Source: Octopus vulgaris
Lineage: Eukaryota
Length of the DNA: 64,000 nucleotides
NCBI GenBank assembly: GCA_951406725.2
Contig: OX597842.1
Span: forward strand, 9,052,001 to 9,116,000
Direction: 5' to 3'
The stretch's first letter is position 1, and every line of letters begins with the position of its first letter. A program made the position numbers and the translations under genes. Shown piece after piece: positions 29,228 through 45,133 of this stretch. A model generated the notes under the pieces. The model saw nothing but the letters and a program-made list of their open reading frames with translations. It was not told where the DNA came from and made no database searches.

Positions 29228-29838
29228 CATGGTCTGATCAATAAGTATTTACTGTTGCCATAGTAACGAAGCTAAAGGATGGAGAGTGAAGCTGCTTGGC
29301 ACAGATTGACCTTAAACTCTGCTGTGCATGGGCAATAAGTTTTAATCTTCTAGCTCACTTCTGCTGTTTACAGCAATGCTTGGAAGGAAGATGTGTAGCG
29401 TGTGATCATCACATTGACCATGATAGAGAGAGTTGAGCAGAGAATCTGCATCAAATTTTGCCAAAAGCTTGGTGATATCTGCTCAAGGAGGGGGCCTATG
29501 TAAAGTTTTCAAAAAGTTTTCATTGCTCTTGATACAATCAAAGAGATCTTGTGCAACTGAAACCCCGAGTGTCCTTTTGGTCAGCTGAAAGCAGTTTTGG
29601 CACAAACTTGACAGACATGTGTCTCATACCCAAATCTTCAGTGATAATAGACTGAACTGAACCGTAACTAATCTGCGCATCCTCTGATAACTTATGGATG
29701 GTGATTTGACAATTTCCCCTCACAGCTGCATGCTCATCTGTGATGTTTTTCTCAGTTCTACTGGTTGTGAGTCTCCCAGAATGTTCATCAATATCGATTT
29801 TTTTTTGGCCATCTTGGAAACATCTGAACCCCTCGTAC
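29226..29838. mobile_element. Mariner transposase remnant with internal inversion
   Basis: Plus strand EQRICIKFCQKLG, then minus strand DEHSGRLTTS...LGMRHMSVKFVPKLLS. Confidence 0.7.
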
Positions 29839-31962
29839 ACTTGTGTGTGTCCCCCAACATCGCTTGACAACCGATGCTGGTGTGTTTACGTCCCCATAAC
29901 TTAGCAGTTCGGCAAAAAGAGACCGATAGAATAAGTACTAGGCTTACAAAGAATAAGTCCTGGGGTCGATTTGCTCGACTAAAGGCAGTGCTCCAGCATG
30001 GCCACAGTTAAATGACTGAAACAAGTCAAAGAGTAAAGGAACAAATCCGGTACATTTCAAATTGCTGTGAAAGAAATTGTTCCATGAGTGGGAAGATGAG
30101 TTTCGTGGCACCTTGGGCAAGTGTCTTCTACTATAGCCTCGGGCAGACCAAAGCCTTGTGAGTGGATTTGGTAGACGGAAACTGAAAGAAGCCCGTCGTA
30201 TGTGTGTGTGTGTTTGTGCCCCCAACATCGCTTGACAACCGATGCTGGTGTATTTACGTCCCCGTAACTTAGCGGTTCGGCAAAAAGAGACCGATAGAAT
30301 AAGTACTAGGCTTACAAAGAATAAATCCTGGGGTCGATTTGCTCGACTAAGGGCAGTGCTCCAGCATGGCCACAGTCAAATGACTGAAACAAGTCAAAGA
30401 GTAAAGAGTATATATACGCACACACATGTGGAATGACCAAAATGCTGTATGTATACTCACCTTATCTATACAAATACCTATATACACACACCTATATCTC
30501 ATTGATCTACCTAAGAATTTATGCGTCACCTGTACTCATTGAAGTAGGTCATATTTGTTTATGGATGGGTCTTTGGTGGAGTGGGGTGCCCGGGGTAATG
30601 GAATGTTTTCAAATATACACCCACATACATACATATATATAATGTATAAACATATACATTTAAATATATACATAAATACACGTATGCATGTATACACGCA
30701 CATATACTCTCTCTTTTTACTCTTTTACTTCTTTCAGTTATGTGACAGTGGCCATGCTGGAGCACTGCCTTTAGTCGAGCAAATTGACCCCGGGACTTAT
30801 TCTTTGTAAGCCTAGTACTTATTCTATCTGTCTCTTTTGCCGAACCGCTAAGTTACGGAGACGTAAACACACCAGCATCGGTCGTCAAGTGATGTTGGGG
30901 GGACAAACACAGACACACACATATATATATACACACCGGGCTTCTTTCAGTTTCCGCCTACCAAATCCACTCACAAGGCTTTGGTTGGCCTGAGGCTATA
31001 GTAGAAGACACTTGCCCAAGTTGCTACACAGTGGGACTGAACTTGGAACCATGTTGTTCGTAAGCAAGCTACTTACCACACAGCCACTATGTGTATATAT
31101 ATATATATACACACATATATATATATATATATATATACATACATATATACATACATACACATATATATATATCAGAATCAAAATCAAACCAAATCAAATC
31201 AGATATCGGAAAGCAGAACCAAAATTGAAGTCGATCAACATCAATGGAAATTACAGCTGTGGTTAAGCAAACCACCTGATTGTGGCCGTTGCCAGTCGCC
31301 CCGGATGGCCTCCGTGCCGGTGGCACGTAAAAGCACCATCCATTCGTGGTCGTTTGCCAGCTCTATCTGGCACCTGTGCGGGTGGCACGTAAAAAGCACC
31401 CACTACACTCGTGGAGTGGTTAGCGTTAGGAAGGGGATCCAGCCGTAGAAACACTGCCAGATCAGACTGGGCCTGATGCAGCCTTCTGGCTTCACAGACC
31501 CCAGTTGAACTGTCCAACCCATGCTAGCATGGAAAACGGACGCTAAATGAAATGATGATGATGATGATGATATATATATATATTATAATTATAATTATAA
31601 GCATAATTATAATTAGGGTTCAGCAAAATTGCTTCACCACATACCGAAATTTAGAAATAGCAGTTAAATGCTATTCTACTACTATAAGAATTTCGGTATG
31701 TGACGAAGCAATTGTGCTGAAAACCTAATTATAATTATGCTTATAATTATAGAATTTTTGTATAAGTTTACCGATAATGGTTCTTTTAACATGCCGAACA
31801 ACTTGGTAAAATTATTAATTATAAATTGATTAATTAATTTTACCCTTTATTATTATTTATATATATATATATATCGATGTGTATATGGTTAAATTCATAT
31901 CTTTCTATAGCGATGTGCATAACTACATAGGTATGCATGTGTTTTGTGTGAGTGTATACACA

Positions 31963-32085
<123 letters not shown>

Positions 32086-32607
32086 TGTGTGTGTGTGTGG
32101 AGGCATAATGGCCCAGTGGTTAGGGCAGCAGACTCGTGGTTTCAATTCCCAGACCGGGTGTAGTGTGTATTTATTGAACGGAAACACTTAAAGCTCCATG
32201 AGGCTCCAGCAGGGGGTGGTGGTGATCCCTGCTGTACTCTTTCGCCACAACTTTCTCTTACTCTTTCTTCTGTTGGCCTGCTCGCTTAGCCAGTGGGGTG
32301 GTGTCACTTGATGGCTAAAACAATGCAAAGCGCATTGTGACCAGCAATGTGTAGCAACATCTGATAGCCTGGTTAGTCACGGTGATCACAGTGATATATA
32401 TATATACTCTTTTACTCTTTTACTTGTTTCAGTCATTTGACTGCGGCCATGCTGGAGCACCGCCTTTAGTCGAGCAAATCGACCCTGGGACTTATTCTTT
32501 GTAAGCCCAGTACTTATTCTATCGGTCTCTTTTGCCAAACCGCTAAGTGACGGGGACGTAAACACACCAGCATTGGTTGTCAAGCAATGCTAGGGAGACA
32601 AACACAT

Positions 32608-32640
<33 letters not shown>

Positions 32641-32757
32641 CATAAATACAACAGGCTTCTTTCAGTTTCCATCTACCAAATCCACTCACAAGGCATTGGT
32701 CGGCCCGGGGCTATAGCAAAAGACACTTGCCCAAGATGCCACATATCGGTTCCATTC

Positions 32758-32879
32758 TAGCAAAAACTGTCCGACGAACGGAAACGGGATACTCAGAGTA
32801 ACAGGTTTTGTTGAATTTTCTGCTGCTTTAAATATTTACTCTGAGTATCCCGTTTCCGTTCGTCGGACAGTTTTTGCTA
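32758..32879. repeat. Perfect 44-bp inverted repeat with 34-nt loop
   Basis: 32758-32801 vs 32836-32879, no mismatches. Confidence 0.9.
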
Positions 32880-33330
32880 TATATATATATGTATACGTTA
32901 TATAATTAAGGTTCAGTAAAAAAATTTACTTTACCACACACCGAACTTTTAGAAATAGCAGCCAAAAAATTTTTAGCTATTTCTTCTACTATAAGAAATT
33001 TAAACCAAATGAAATCTTGGGCTGACGAAGGAAATGTTGATAGGAGTATGTATTTCTAGCATCTCTTTATCCAACTTATCCAGAAACGGCATTCTCAAGT
33101 AATCGATGTACTCTCTCTTTTACTCTTTTACTTGTTTCAGTCATTTGACTGCGGCCATGCTGGAGCACCGCCTTTTAGTCGAGCAACTCGACCCCAGGAT
33201 TTATTCTTTGTAAGCCCAGTACTTATTCTATCGGTCTCTTTTGCCGAACCGCTAAGTGACGGGGACGTAAACAGACCAGCATCGGTTGTCAAGCAATGCT
33301 AGGGGGACAAACACAGACACACAAACATAT

Positions 33331-33394
<64 letters not shown>

Positions 33395-33824
33395 GACGGG
33401 CTTCTTTCAGTTTCTGTCTACCAAATCCACTCACAAGGCTTTGGTCGGCCCGTGGCTATAGAATAAGACACTTGCCCAAGGTGCCATGCAGTGGGACTGA
33501 ACCCGGAACCATGTGGTTGGTAAGCAAGCTAATTACCACACAGCCACTCCTGCGCCTATGATCTTTCGTTATTTTTCCCTCTATACCTACGTGGATTATT
33601 TTTGAGTATACATTATCTGGGAGACTTTTCTTATAATAGAAGAAATAGCTAAAAATTTTTTGGCTGCTATTTCTAAAAGTTCGGTGTGTGGTAAAGCAAA
33701 TTTTTTTACTCAACCCTAATTATATAACGTAATGTTTTAAATATACTGTAAATGGTCTTTTTACATACTGAACCCTACTTGGTAAAATTAATTAATAACT
33801 AATTAATTTTACCCTTTTATTATT

Positions 33825-33880
<56 letters not shown>

Positions 33881-34659
33881 CAGCACGAAGTTTTGTCAGT
33901 GAACAGATCACCCTCTCAAAGTGACAAAAATATTTTGACAAATTTATATTTAAATGTTGAAGTGAATCTAACGGATTTTGTGTGTTTCTTAAATGGTTTA
34001 TAAACACCTGCCACGCTGCAATTGTTTTCGTTCCAGCACACGATCTCAGATCGGGTCACTTGCTATGCAAGTACATCTCCGTAATATATATATAGATATA
34101 TATATATATGTCCATTGTCATGGGGTCGCGTGTGAAATGTGTGTGTATATGCACATGTTGTGATGTCTGTGATGTTTGATAAGCATATATGTGTGAAAGT
34201 GTAGGTGATGTTGTGGGGGGTATTATTATTATTATTATTATTATTAGTAGTAGTAGTAGTAGTAGGAGGAGGAGGAGGAGGAGGAGGAGGAAATAACAGA
34301 GATGGAAGAGAACAAAGGGGAGGGATAGAAGAAGAAGAAGAATCGAAAGAAGGGGGGACAAGAAGGAAGATGAAAAAAAAAAAGAAGAGGGGAGATAGAA
34401 GAGGAGGAAGAGTGGGAAGTATGATATTATTATTATTACATTATTATTATTATTGGCATGGCTGTGTGGTTAGGGAGCTTGCTTCCTAGCTACATGGTTT
34501 CGGGTTCAGTCCCACTGCGTGGCACTTTGGGCAGGTGTCTTCTACTGTAGCCCAGAGTCGACCGAAGCTTTGTGATTGAATTCGGTAGGCGGAAGTTACT
34601 GCCGTGTGTGTATATGTGCGTATAGCTGCTCAGTGCCTCTCCGAAAGAGAGAGAGAGGG

Positions 34660-35803
<1,144 letters not shown>

Positions 35804-35806
35804 TAC

Positions 35807-35959
35807 CTTGCAAGAAACGTCAAAACATTCCACATCGAATGAATGGTGCAAACTCACAGCTTTCTTGTAGCTTTGTCTGCGACGGCTTTTGAGGATGGTG
35901 TTGTTGTTGTTGTTGGGTTGAGACAGGGGCAGCATCGTTGGAGTGGGCAAAGAACGCAT
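35807..35959 (-). CDS. RAB26: Coding part of alternative first exon of the exon-B isoform: MRSLPTPTML...HHSFDVECFDVSCK (51 aa)
   Basis: ATG at 35959 with in-frame upstream stop at 36026-36028; ends AAG|GTAAAT in phase 0. FDVSCK resembles the YDVAFK/YDLTGK stretch that precedes the P-loop exon in Rab26/37. Start codon less certain than the 3' end. Confidence 0.75.
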
Positions 35960-37036
35960 GCCAGAGGTGGTGGTGGCGGCGGTAATTTTGTTTTGGATCT
36001 GTTGCTGTTGTCGTTGTTGCTGTCGTTATTGATGCTGCTTTTGTTGCTGTTGTTGTTGTGCTTGTACTTGCTGTTGTGCTTGTTGTTATGTTTGTTGTTG
36101 CTATTGTTATGATGTTGTTGTTATGATTATTGCTGTTGTTGTGATTGCTGTTATGATTGTTGTTGTTGTTATGATTGCTGTTGTTATGATTGTTGTTATG
36201 ATTGTTGTTGTTATGATGTTGTTATGATTGTTGTTATGATTGTTGTTATGATTGTTGTTATGATGTTGTTGTTATGATTGTTGTTGTTATGATGTTATGA
36301 TTGTTGTTGTTATGATGTTGTTATGATTGCTGTTGTTATGATGTTATGATTGTTGTTGTTATGATGTTGTTATGATTGCTGTTGTTGTTATGATGTTGTT
36401 ATGATTGTTGTTGTGATTGTTCTTTTCCTTCTACTTCTTCGTCTTCTTCTTCTCCTTCTTCTTACTATTATTGTTGTTGTTGTTGTTGTTCTTCTTCTTC
36501 TTCTTCTTCTTCTTACTATTGTTGTTGTTGCTTCTATGCTCGGAGCGCTTTTTAGCTGCTTGTGTGGCCCAGACACCGGATGTCTGTGTGTCACTCAGAA
36601 GGGGATAATGTACAACAATATGCGACCGCTTGTGCGTGTGTGAGTGTGTGTGTGAGAATGTACATATTTATTTATCTATACGTGTGTTTGTATACGTGTG
36701 TTTCTTTATCTGTGTGAGTATGTGCCTATTTATCAGCATATGTGTTTGTATGTATAAATTGTTTATGTGTATGTGTGTGTGTCAATTGAAGTGACTATCA
36801 TTCTGTTTATCTGTGTGTGTACATATATGTGTGTGTATGTGCATCAGTATTCAAGAATATCAGTGACTCTGTGTGTGTGTGTATGTGTGTGTGTTTGTGT
36901 GTGTGTGTGAGTGTGTATTTGTGCATATATCGATGTGAGTGCATGTTTGTATATGTGTGTGTGTATGCGCATGTGTGTATATATGTGTGTATGTGTGCAT
37001 AAATCTCTGTGAGTCTATATATGTGTGTTTGTATGT

Positions 37037-37081
<45 letters not shown>

Positions 37082-37186
37082 GTATATGTGTGTGTATATA
37101 TGTGTGTATGTATGGGAATGTGTATGTATGTATATTTTATTACATTCCTGTGGGTCTACACCTCTGTAAATGTATGTGGGTACACA

Positions 37187-37221
<35 letters not shown>

Positions 37222-37390
37222 TGATGATGATGATAATATACACACACGTGTGTGTGTGTGTGTGTGTGTGTGTATGTATGCACATGTGAATGTGTACCAC
37301 AGTATTTATATATATGTGTGAGAACGAGTATATATTTCAGTATGTATGTGTGTGTGTGTATGAATGTGTGTGTGAGAGTGTATATACTTC

Positions 37391-37433
<43 letters not shown>

Positions 37434-37672
37434 CTATGTGTCAAGTGTCCACATAGACGTAGGGGTAGGGGGGACAGCTGTGACATTAAGTGTAAATATA
37501 TGGACAAATACTGACACACCTTCGTTGTAATGAGGTGCACCCGCCACCACCACCACCACCACTGCCAACGCTGCCGCCAATACCACAGACACCAATGCCA
37601 CCACAGCTTGCCAACACCACTACCATCTCAAATATCACAAACACCTCCACTATCAACACCACCACCACCACC

Positions 37673-37704
<32 letters not shown>

Positions 37705-37993
37705 CACCACCACCACCACCACCACCACTACCAACACCACTACCACCACCACTACCAACACTAGTACTACAACTATTACTACCACCACCACCACCATGAT
37801 CACCACTACTACTACTACCACCACCACTACCACCACTAGTACTACAACTATTACTACCACCACCACCACCATGATCACCGCTACTACTACCACAGACACC
37901 ACCACCAATGCTGCTGCCACTAACCTCACAAACTGCATCACTCTCACCACCACCATCATGCTATCTCCAATATCATAATTACCCGCACCACTA

Positions 37994-38032
<39 letters not shown>

Positions 38033-38703
38033 TCATCGCAGCAAACACCACACCACCCCCACAATCATGCTCCGACTATTAATATCATAAACCACCACCA
38101 TCACACCCTCCCCCACCTATTGCTAAAATCCCACTCTGCTACTGCCACCATCACTCCCACTATTACCACCGCCATCAAATCACCACCATCACCATAGCAA
38201 CTCATAATCACTATCGCCACCCTACCTCCACCAGTGCCACCTTGCCCCCCCCCGCCCCGTTTCACCTTATTTTCTTCCTTCTCTACTTCTGTGAATATGT
38301 GTGTATATGTGTGTGTGATTCAGAAATATATATATATATAGGCGCAAGCATAGCTATGTAATAAGAAGCTTGCTTCCCAACCACATGGTTCCGGGTTCAG
38401 TCCCACTGCATGGCACCTTGGCCAAGTGTCTTCTACTATAGCCTCAGGCCAATCAAAGCATTGTGAGTGGATTTGGTAGACAGAAACTGAAAGAAGCCAA
38501 TTGTATGTGACCGCATGTGTACCATTGGCGATTTTTTTCCCTCTGTCTTCCCTTCTCAGGATCTTTCCTTCTCCTATGTTTCCCACAAAGAGCTTAGCTC
38601 GAAACATTAAACCCTCCTTCTTTCCTTAGCGTCCAATAATACTATATTTGTTCCACGTCCTCACGTTGTTGTGTTTTCTCTTTGTGTTTTCATGTTTGGA
38701 TTA

Positions 38704-38748
<45 letters not shown>

Positions 38749-38883
38749 AGATGTACTCGCATAGCAAGTAATTTGATCTGAGGCCGTGTGCTGAAACAAA
38801 AACAATTGCAGCGTGGAAGGTGTTTGTAAGCCATTTAAGAAACACACAAAAGCCATTCGATTCACTTCAACATTTAAGTTTAA

Positions 38884-38933
38884 TTTGTCAAAATATTTTC
38901 GTCGCTAAAATCCGCGACCTGTTCACTGACAAA
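38884..38933 (-). ncRNA. Minimal hammerhead motif, G3-C8 variant, inverted copy
   Basis: Reverse complement of 38968-39017 within a perfect palindrome. Confidence 0.6.
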
Positions 38934-38967
38934 GTCCGTGCTGCATCTCGGACTTTGCAGCACGGAC

Positions 38968-39017
38968 TTTGTCAGTGAACAGGTCGCGGATTTTAGCGAC
39001 GAAAATATTTTGACAAA
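38968..39017 (+). ncRNA. Minimal hammerhead motif, G3-C8 core variant
   Basis: tttgtca-GTGAACA-g-gtcgc(ggatttta)gcgac-GAA-AATATT-t-tgacaaa: 7-bp stem I, 5-bp stem II, palindromic stem III. Confidence 0.6.
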
Positions 39018-39094
39018 TTAAACTTAAATGTTGAAGTGAATCGAATGGCTTTTGTGTGTTTCTTAAATGGCTTACAAACACCTTCCACGCTGCA

Positions 39095-39141
<47 letters not shown>

Positions 39142-39466
39142 TATTCATACAAAATACAGTGCACATTTAAACACATTAAGAGGTATCCATCATTTAATTT
39201 TTCATTATTGAATTGATAAAAGGTGGGGTTTTTTCTAATTTATATATATATATATTATATTTTGTGAAATTTAATTTAGTATTTCTAAATTGAATTTTTC
39301 CCTGTAAATTTGGAATAATATTCCCTCATATATACATGTATATAATTAATATCAACAGCCAGGCACAATATAATGGCATAAAGGAAAAATTTTATCAGTC
39401 ATTTCTTGTAATATAGGTACTTCGACACCCTCAGTCACAATTAGTGATGATAACCATTTTTCCTAT

Positions 39467-39503
<37 letters not shown>

Positions 39504-40023
39504 CAACAACTCTAGCAGGCATGTATCCGGTACAAATGAAGAGTAAAAACCCAGAAACAATGGTCTATTGGTCTTGCCAAGCTGGAGGGGAGTGCTTCAC
39601 TCCCTTACCCACAATATATCTATTTCTTTATTGCCCACAAGGGGCTAAACATAGAGGGGACAAACAAGGACAGACAAAGGGATTAAGTCGATTACATTGA
39701 CCTCAGGGCATAACTGGTATTTATTTAATTGACCCCGAAAGGATGAAAGGCAAAGTCGACCTCACTAAGCATTTCGCCCACTGTGCTAACGTTTGTACTA
39801 GCTCACTGCCTTCGGTTGTCACAATAATAATATCTTTTTAAAGATGAACCCTTTCAACATACCTTTACAGGTATGTAGTAATTTTTCGAGGCATTCCAAG
39901 AATTTTCCAAAAACCTTTTCTTTGAAAGAAACAAATTAAAAATCTTGAACAAAGTTGACCTGGGCGGAATTTAACAAAATGCCACTAAAACATTTTACCC
40001 AGCATGCCAATGATTCTGCTAGC

Positions 40024-40055
<32 letters not shown>

Positions 40056-41103
40056 TAATAATAAGTGGCTCTCATGGCTTTTGATCTTAACTGATTGGAA
40101 GTGTTATCATGTACATTGTTTTGTCTTGGTATAAAAGATGGGCTACAGCAAATATTCTGCTCAATACCACAGATTTGCTTGTCAGTTGTTTGACCTTAAC
40201 CAGTTGAGCATGTCCCTTAGTGGCTGACGATATGTGCATCTCTGATCACGAGCAGAAGTAGTGGGGGAGCATCATAGCCATGTGTTGAGAGGGATTCTTT
40301 GGGGTTTGAATAATTCACCTCTGGAAACATAGGTGTTTCGTTCAACATCCTAAAGCAACCCTTATTCAGGGACCTTTTGAGCGGGATGGGCTACTCAACC
40401 TGAAGAAAATTCTAACTGGGCCCCACCTGCAAGGTCATGTGCTGTTTATCTTGATATGAGATCACCATGTCGCGCACATATGGTTCTGATGCATGTGCCT
40501 GGTGTACCTTTATCAGACGGGTAGTCATGATGGGTATATTGGGCTTCGTATATTTTACCCCAGTGTCACTTTGATGGCATGCACTGCTCTCTCACTCAAT
40601 AATAATAATAATAATCCTTTCTGTTAAAGGCACGAGGCCTGAAATTTGAGGGAAGGGGATTAGTTGATTGCATCGACCCCAGTGTTTCACTGCTGCTTAA
40701 TTTATTGACCTCTAAATAGAGGAAAGGGAAAAGTCGACCTCAGTGGAATTTGAACTCAGAATGTAACGGCAGACAAAATACCTATTTCTTTACTACCCAC
40801 AAGGGGCCAAACACAGAGGGGACAAACAAGGACAGACATAGGTATTAAGTCGATTACATCGACCCCAGTGCATTTCACCCGGCGTGCTAACGATTCTGCC
40901 AGCTTGCCTTACTCATAATATATCAGACAAAGATAGTAGGTCATTGACCAGCTGGAAAAGACGTTGTCCCAGGGCTAAAATGTAGTAACATGATTCTTTA
41001 TAGAACAGCCATTTCCTAGAGACAAAAAAATGTTCCTGTCTGGTATAGTTACTAATTACATCTTGTTTAGAGATTTTAGAAAACAGAACTAGCTACAATG
41101 CTC

Positions 41104-41433
<330 letters not shown>

Positions 41434-41861
41434 GAATGAGTGAAATGAAAAATGGAGTTTGCTGAAAATGCTTTAGTCGACCATATTAACCACATAAACG
41501 AGGTCCAAATAATTACTATATATATGTAAGTATGTATATACAGACACATATATACATATATGAACACACACACTTATACACTATGCAAATAAGCAAACTT
41601 AATGGCCCTTCCCTCTTGCTATCAGAGGGGGGGGGGGGCACCCCAAAATTCACAGAAACCTGTCTCCTTCCACACACAAAGCATACTTAATTAACCCCCC
41701 CCCCCCCCAACCTTTTTCTACAATTTTTACTCACCCCCTACACACACACCACCTTTTGGCACAATTCTTCTCTCCCCCACCCCCAACACACAACCGCCTC
41801 TTCTCACCCAATACCCTCACATATCACCCTTATCTATTTTTCACTGCAACAATACAAACAC

Positions 41862-41900
<39 letters not shown>

Positions 41901-42754
41901 TAGATAGATAGATATACACATACATACATACATCCATACATGGATACACACACACATACATGCATAAATCCATAAATACATACACACATATACACATATA
42001 CACACATATATATACATAACTACATAAATACACACATACACACACATACATGCATACATATGCATAAACACATACATATATCCATATGTATATATATACA
42101 CACATACATATATACATATATGTATGTATGTAGGTACATGCTTGCATTGATACACACACATACAATCACACATATACAAAAACATACACACACATACACA
42201 CATACATACACATATACATATGCACTCACACATACACAAATGCATACACACAAACATATACATATACATACACACATGCACACAAGCATACATGCACACA
42301 CATACATAATACATACATACACACATATATACACATACATACATACATACATACATCAATACACACACATATAAATACAAAGATATATACTCAAATACAC
42401 ACACAGTTACATTAACATACACACATACACACAACTGATATTCGCATATTTAAACACAAAAACAGAAATCAATACAGGAATATAGATCACAAGAGATCAA
42501 TAAAAAATCAATTGAGGAAAGCTCCCAATGATTATGGTATAAGCTAGTATTCCTCTGGGACAGTTACATGGTTATTCTGAATTATTAGTATTAAGTAAAG
42601 CATGCATGGGCAACCTGCAGACCACATGGGAAACCTGCAAGCCACATGGGCAACCTGCAGGCCACATGTGGCCCTTGAGATTTTGCTGTGCAGCCCTCAA
42701 TGAGTTTTTGGGTTAGTAATTTCATACTAAGACAAATAAAATTATGAAGAACTC

Positions 42755-42961
42755 TTTACTCTCTTTTACTCTTTTACTTGTTTCACTCCTTTGACTGCGG
42801 CCATGCTGGAGCACCACCTTTAGTCAAGCAAATCGACCCTGGGACTTATTCTTTGTAAGCCCAGTACTTATTCTATTGGTCTCTTTTGCCGAACTGCTAA
42901 GTCACGGGGACGTAAACACACCAGCATCGGTTGTCAAGCAATGCTAGGGGGACAAACACAG

Positions 42962-42996
<35 letters not shown>

Positions 42997-43163
42997 CATA
43001 CATACGACGGGCTTCTTTAAGTTTCCGTCTACCAAATCCACTCACAAGGCTTTGGTCGGCCCGAGGCTATAGTAGAAGACACTTGCCCAAGATGCCACAC
43101 AGTGGGACTGAACCCGGAACCATGTGGTTGGTAAGCAAGCTTCTTACCACACAGCCACTCCTG
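42755..43163 (-). mobile_element. tRNA-derived SINE family A, full length (other copies about 12645-13283, 30715-31087, 32408-32742, 33112-33557, 49722-50122, 29845-30410, 60784-60945, 38340-38500, 45408-45571)
   Basis: Box A/B-like head (gtggctgtgtggtaag...ggttcagtccc), caccttgggcaagt core, internal microsatellite, gagtaaaa tail; many near-identical copies. Confidence 0.88.
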
Positions 43164-43980
43164 GGCAAGTAATATTTCATGCATATGTGTTTTATCATGC
43201 GGCCCTCTCCCACTTGGAAATGGTATGATGCGGCCCCTCCCCCACCAGATGATAACGTAAAGTATGGCTCATCCCGGAAGTAAAGTATGGCTTTGTTAAG
43301 CTGTACACAAAAACAACCGGTGACCAGGGTGTGTTGGGGTATTATAAATTTTTGCTTGATTCAGCTATACAATGTGAGGGTGAACAGAACTGGCCCTTCT
43401 ATATCTCCGTCTCCTTCCCTGCCTAACTGGAAATCCCTTTTTCTGCTGACCAGTTCACTAGATAGCCCTGCAGTGAAGCTCCTATTTCTTTATTACCCAC
43501 AAGGGGCAAAACATAGAGTGGACAAACAAGGACAGACAAAGGAATTAAGTCGATTATACCGACCCCCAGTGCGTAACTGGTACTTATTTAATCGAGGCCG
43601 AAAGGATGAAAGGCAAAGTCAACCTCGGCGGAATTTGAACTCACACCGTAATGGCAGACGAAATGCCGCAAAGCATTTCGCCCGGCGTGCTAACGTTTCT
43701 GCCAGCTCGCCACCTTAAGCTCCTGTCTACATTTCATCTACAGTCTTTGGCCAGTGCCCTACAAAAGCTGGCCATTCACTGACTCTCTTATTCACTGATA
43801 GGTGCAGGCGTGGCTGTGTGGTAAGAAGTTTGCTTCCTAACCACATGGTTTTGGGTTCAGTTCCATTGTGTAACACCTTTGCCAAGTGTCTTCTATTATA
43901 GCCTCAAGCCAATCAAAGCCTTTTGAGTGGATTTACTACATGAAACTGAAAGAAGCCCATCGTGTATATGTGTATATGTG

Positions 43981-44011
<31 letters not shown>

Positions 44012-44018
<7 letters not shown>

Positions 44019-44509
44019 ACATATAAATATAAATATGTGTGCATACATACTCATATTCTTACATATATATAAATACACAATAATACAATATAAACAATAT
44101 AGATCAATATACATCAACAAACACAATAATGTTCCATATTGAACTCCACAGTTCCATAACCAACATCAAGAAACCACAACAGACGCACTCACACTCAATG
44201 CAGGCATATATATTAAACAGTTCAATATATTGGATGGTACCGTGGTGGTGGTATTAACTTTATTGACTTTTTGTGAAGTGACACATTTTAATATATTGAA
44301 CTGTTTAATATATATGCCTGCTTTGAGTGTGAGTGTGTCTGTTGTGGTATCTTGATGTTGGTTGAGGAGCTGTGGAGTTCAATATGGAACATTATTGTGT
44401 TTGTTGATGTATATTGATCTATATTGTTTATATTGTATTATTGTGTATATATATATATGTAAGAATATGAGTATGTATGCACACATATTTATATTTATAT
44501 GTAAATTAT
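44012..44509. repeat. Inverted repeat, arms about 220 bp, followed by hammerhead and conserved tail
   Basis: 44012-44231 vs 44290-44509. Confidence 0.88.
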
Positions 44510-44530
44510 TTAGGATTTGTACTCATACTT

Positions 44531-44657
44531 GCATTAAAATCTCTGAAGAGGCCGTAAGATATTCTTGTTAATGTCTCATTTATACCTGCATTATATAGCT
44601 AATAGGTTAAATGAGACATACCTGTCTTCATGGCCGAAACAGCTGTCAGCTACAATG
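44531..44657 (+). ncRNA. Hammerhead motif with extended stem II, C3-G8 core
   Basis: CTGAAGA (44543-44549)-ggccgtaaga...tcttcatggcc-GAAAC-agct-GTC (44645-44647); internal hairpin atgtctcattt/aaatgagacat; stem I partly decayed. Confidence 0.6.
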
Positions 44658-44977
44658 TAAATGTATTTCTATGTCTTGTTATATTTGTACTATATTAATG
44701 TATAATATCATTGCTATTGTGTAGTGTTTTAATAAAGTATTGATTCGGTATTATCTTATAGTTGATGATTGATTTAGATATATTTCTCCATTTTCTCATT
44801 TTGTATTATTAATTTACGGTAAAAATGATTTTACCTTTGCCCACCTAATACAGTAAATGAATTAATTGCATCGCAATTTTTAACATTTATGTATTAGCTT
44901 TGTTGGGTACTTCTCTAGCAGTATATTGGATATATGTTATCCCATGGAGGGTTGAATTTACAACCCCTATCTCATTT

Positions 44978-45012
<35 letters not shown>

Positions 45013-45061
45013 GTATATATATACGTATATATATACATATATATATATGTATATATATACG

Positions 45062-45133
<72 letters not shown>

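Larger units (their letters stand above)
38802..39099. repeat. Perfect palindrome, 144-bp arms, 10-nt loop, in a (TA)n-flanked element
   Basis: 38802-38945 is the reverse complement of 38956-39099; related palindrome at 57929-58187 and single copy at 33877-34084. Confidence 0.93.

Noticed and set aside
31610-31750. Hammerhead in this hairpin family (gtgacga-agca..tgct-gaaa)
   Set aside because: Other copies read gtggtga or gtggtaa with no 3-8 pair and no stem I/III closure.
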